64,000 nt of DNA, taken from NCBI GenBank assembly GCA_963783575.1, contig CAWAOD010000004.1:192001-256000 (forward strand), in the 5' to 3' direction. How positions within the stretch are numbered: the stretch's first letter is position 1; each line of letters opens with the position of its first letter. The notes under the pieces are model-generated. The model had not been told where the DNA came from. It saw only the letters and a program-made list of their open reading frames with translations, and did no database searches. Shown one piece after another: positions 60,978 to 64,000 of this stretch. The DNA is from an uncultured Spirochaetota bacterium (GTDB lineage: Bacteria; Spirochaetota; Brevinematia; Brevinematales; JAOACQ01). Both the position numbers and the translations under genes were made by a program.

Positions 60978-61370
60978 TTATTTTATCCCTGAAAGCATTA
61001 CAAGCAGCCCGCCTGCTGAAAATGCCGTTATCCACCAAAAATATGCAACTGTAGAATAAATGTGCAGATTCTTCGGGATTTCTGCATTTAAACCCTTTCT
61101 CTTTCTTTGAAGCTGTAGCAGAATAACATCTCCAAGCATTGCCATTAAAGCGGTATAACCCAGAATTCCATGGGGCGTAATTGACATATTCCTGGAGACC
61201 AAAATCATAAAAACTGTTGCCGTAAAATCAAAAAATACTCCGGCGGTAAAAAATCCAAGAACTTTGTAAGACAAAATACGTGATCTGCACTCTAAATAAT
61301 AAGCCAGAGTATACAGAATAAAAGCGGCAGAAACAATTGACATCCCAATAATCAACAGCATATTCAACAA
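60978..61370 (-). CDS. Small 4-TM membrane protein (TIGR03987/HsmA-like)
   Basis: A.ILYT, GVFFDFTAT and HGILGYTAL motifs. Confidence 0.6.
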   Translation of the reverse strand: MLNMLLIIGMSIVSAAFILYTLAYYLECRSRILSYKVLGFFTAGVFFDFTATVFMILVSRNMSITPHGILGYTALMAMLGDVILLQLQRKRKGLNAEIPKNLHIYSTVAYFWWITAFSAGGLLVMLSGIK

Positions 61371-61491
61371 AAGAAAGTTTCCTCCGGAATAATCTTTACT
61401 TAATCAGAATTATTCCCGCCGTATTTTCGAAATTTAGCAGGATGATCTAAATATATTTTTAATCCTGATTTTAACTGCCAGCAATTTAATA

Positions 61492-61520
61492 TTGACTAAT
61501 ATTTTATTATTAGTTAAAAT
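61492..61520 (+). promoter_or_regulatory. Putative promoter with palindromic spacer operator
   Basis: TTGACT-17bp-TAAAAT; ACTAATA-N6-TATTAGT at 61495-61514. Confidence 0.45.
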
Positions 61521-61695
61521 TATGAATCGGTAATATCAAAATTTCAATAATTATGGAAATATATTATAATTTATATAGAAATCAATCCTTTGATCAATAT
61601 TGAATTCTTACTTTCGAAATAACTTTTTTATTCATTTCTTATAACCGCAAATTTAGTGAAAAAATTTTAATCCCGGATATAAAGGAGATTACATT

Positions 61696-62925
61696 ATGAA
61701 TGAAATGAATTCTCAGGAAACTGCTTTTAAAGTATATGGATACCGCTGGATAATTCTTACCGTTTTTATGCTGATAAACCTGATTATACAGATTCAATGG
61801 ATTTCATATGCCCCCATTACTAAAGAGTCGGCTATTTTCTACAGGGTTTCTGACCTGAACATCGGCTTTCTTGCAATGTCATTTATGATAGTTTATATAC
61901 CGTTATCAATCCCCGTTTCCTGGGTAATCGATTCTATCGGTTTTCATTTCGCCGTCGGAATTGGAGCTGTATTGATGGGAATCTTCGGTATTATAAGGGG
62001 TTTATCCGGCTCTAATTATACGCTGGCTTTATTGAGTACAATCGGTATTGCAGTCTCTCAGCCTTTCCTTCTCAACGCGTGGACCAAGGTACCGGCAAAA
62101 TGGTTCCCGGAAAAAGAACGTGCCACAGCGGTCGGCCTGATTACCCTTTCCAGCCTGATCGGCGTTGCTCTTGGTATGATTTTATCGCCTGTTCTTATTA
62201 AAATGATATCTATTCCGGGAATACAGCTGATTTATGGGATTATTGCAGCGCTATTCGCTGTTCTTTTCATTATCTTTGCAAGAGAAAATCCGCCTACGCC
62301 TCCATGCAAATTAGGGTTTGAAGAACGTGCCCTGATGTTTGACGGGCTGAAAAACGCCCTGATGAATAGATCATTTCTTCTTTACCTTTTTATATTCTTC
62401 ATTGGAATGGGTATTTTTAACGGAATTACCACCTGGATAGAGGATATCATTCATCTGCGCAGTTTCGGCCCCGGGGAAGCGGGATTGCTTGGCGCCTTAC
62501 TTCTAATCGGAGGTATTATCGGCGCAGTTATAATTCCATCCATTTCAGACAAACAGCAGAAAAGAAAACGTTTCCTTCTAATCGGCATTCTACTCTCAAT
62601 TCCGGGACTATTAGGCCTGACTTTTGCCCATAGTTTCTGGCTTATTTCCCTTTCAACATTCCTGCTTGGTTTTTTCCTGGTTTCGGTCAGTCCGGTCGGT
62701 ATGCAGTATGCCGCTGAAATAACCAATCCAACTCCTGAAGGGACATCTAATGGGCTGGTTCAGCTTTTCGGCCAGGGGTCGGTTGTTTTTGTTTTCATTA
62801 TGGAAGCTTTAAAAACTAAGGAAGGTTCTTTTACCCCATCCCTGCTTCTTGCTGCCGGTTTATTGCTTGTAAGCGCCATTATTGCGGCACAGCTTAAGGA
62901 ACCGAATTTGAAGTTAGAAAAATGA
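61696..62925 (+). CDS. MFS transporter (FLVCR/SLC49-like)
   Basis: YGYRW, QPFLLN..TKVPAKWFP..ERATA and P.TPP motifs. Confidence 0.88.
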   Translation: MNEMNSQETAFKVYGYRWIILTVFMLINLIIQIQWISYAPITKESAIFYRVSDLNIGFLAMSFMIVYIPLSIPVSWVIDSIGFHFAVGIGAVLMGIFGIIRGLSGSNYTLALLSTIGIAVSQPFLLNAWTKVPAKWFPEKERATAVGLITLSSLIGVALGMILSPVLIKMISIPGIQLIYGIIAALFAVLFIIFARENPPTPPCKLGFEERALMFDGLKNALMNRSFLLYLFIFFIGMGIFNGITTWIEDIIHLRSFGPGEAGLLGALLLIGGIIGAVIIPSISDKQQKRKRFLLIGILLSIPGLLGLTFAHSFWLISLSTFLLGFFLVSVSPVGMQYAAEITNPTPEGTSNGLVQLFGQGSVVFVFIMEALKTKEGSFTPSLLLAAGLLLVSAIIAAQLKEPNLKLEK

Positions 62926-62959
62926 ATGGAATCGAAATCAGGGTCAAGCAGAATGCTTG

Positions 62960-64000
62960 TTACATGTTCTCAAGATGATGCTGATATTTTTCCTCAAGAT
63001 ATTTTCTTTTAACTTTTAAAGTCTGGGTCAATTCTTCACCGACCGTGAAATTCTTCTTCAATATTATGAAATCCCTGATCTGTTCGAATGTCTTGAAGCC
63101 GTTTTCCCTGTTGATCAAACGTTTTATTTCTTTTCTAATTTCAGTCACAATCCTGCTATTACGAATTATGTCCTCGCCTTTTGAAATCATTTCATCCCAG
63201 GATATTTTCCACTTTTCCGCAAAGTGCCTGATTTTTTCCTCGTTAATGGCTATAAGGGCTACCAGCCATTTTTTATCCTGTCCCATGACTACCGCATGCT
63301 CTATAAAAATTGATTCTTCAAGTTTTTCCTCGATCGGTTCCGGTTCGATATTTTCTCCGCCGATCAGAACAATCGTGCTTTTTGCCCTGCCGGTGATCGT
63401 ATAATCGCCGCTTACACTTGCAATACCGATATCTCCGGTATTGATCCACCCGTCACCGGATAAAACGGCCGCTGTTGCTTCGGGATTCTTGTAATATCCT
63501 TTCATAACCTGCGGACCCCTAATATGAATCAAACCTTTCTCTCCAAATTCCGCCGGCTCACCATTTTCATTTATAATCCTAACTTCCGTATCATCAATCG
63601 GTATGCCGATTGAGCCAATGGTATTTCTGCCGAGCCTTCTAGTAATCGTCCCGGGGGAAGTTTCCGTCATTCCATATGCATTTACAAGGGTTATACCTAC
63701 CGTGTTAAAAAAAAGATCCACATAAGGCGGCAGCGATCCGCCGCCCGAAAATGAGGCCCTCAAATTTCCTCCCATAATATCACGGATCGGTTTGAATACC
63801 TTCCTCGATAATAGGTAAAAAGGTTTCAGTATAAATATCAGAAGCTTATTAAGCATCCTTGTTATGAATGTACTAAGCGGATTCATTTTTTTGTATGATA
63901 AAATATAACCGTTGATTTTGTTCTGAGCAAGGAAACATAAGCTGCCGATTTTCAGGAAGCTGTTGAAAAGCATTTTCTTTATAACAGACTGTTTTTCAAT
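62960..64000 (-). CDS. Long-chain fatty-acid-CoA ligase, 5' part outside the window
   Basis: SGGGSL, AYGMTETSP, GPQVMKGYY, GWINTGDIG, GRAK and ELTQTLKVKR motifs. The frame is open to the window edge. Confidence 0.92.
   Translation of the reverse strand: MEKQSVIKKMLFNSFLKIGSLCFLAQNKINGYILSYKKMNPLSTFITRMLNKLLIFILKPFYLLSRKVFKPIRDIMGGNLRASFSGGGSLPPYVDLFFNTVGITLVNAYGMTETSPGTITRRLGRNTIGSIGIPIDDTEVRIINENGEPAEFGEKGLIHIRGPQVMKGYYKNPEATAAVLSGDGWINTGDIGIASVSGDYTITGRAKSTIVLIGGENIEPEPIEEKLEESIFIEHAVVMGQDKKWLVALIAINEEKIRHFAEKWKISWDEMISKGEDIIRNSRIVTEIRKEIKRLINRENGFKTFEQIRDFIILKKNFTVGEELTQTLKVKRKYLEEKYQHHLENM

Noticed and set aside
333..63404. Numerous 60-160 aa ORFs antisense to or nested in long genes
   Set aside because: They are shadows of well-supported CDSs with no independent motifs.

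Overview
A 64-kb AT-rich chromosomal window. Gene content and lipoprotein style suggest a free-living spirochete, but that is inference only. Housekeeping-type genes are topA, aroK, pdxJ, glf, a WbaP-type glycosyltransferase, an Lhr helicase, mgtA, archease and an acyl-CoA ligase. These are interspersed with signalling genes (an NtrC/sensor kinase pair, a multi-PAS kinase, hemerythrin, Cache and MCP genes, and three tandem 7TM-PAS-LuxR regulators), efflux transporters and secreted beta-propeller proteins. No rRNA, tRNA or CRISPR array was seen. Main observations: (1) A nested mobile structure at 15358-17288. A DUF559 (Vsr-like) endonuclease gene sits between two inverted REP-like hairpins, and the unit is bounded by 14-bp inverted ends. 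An IS4-family element with 16-bp TIRs and an 11-bp target duplication has inserted into one hairpin. Two gene-less relatives of the left end lie at 22997 and 44952. (2) Several genes are frameshifted. Three can be repaired by removing 1-2 bases at the centre of a GAG^CTC hexamer, and a fourth possibly at GAG^CCC, which points to a methylation-linked sequencing artefact. (3) A tandem triplet of membrane-anchored one-component LuxR regulators. (4) mgtA is translationally coupled to a PTS EIIA-domain gene.
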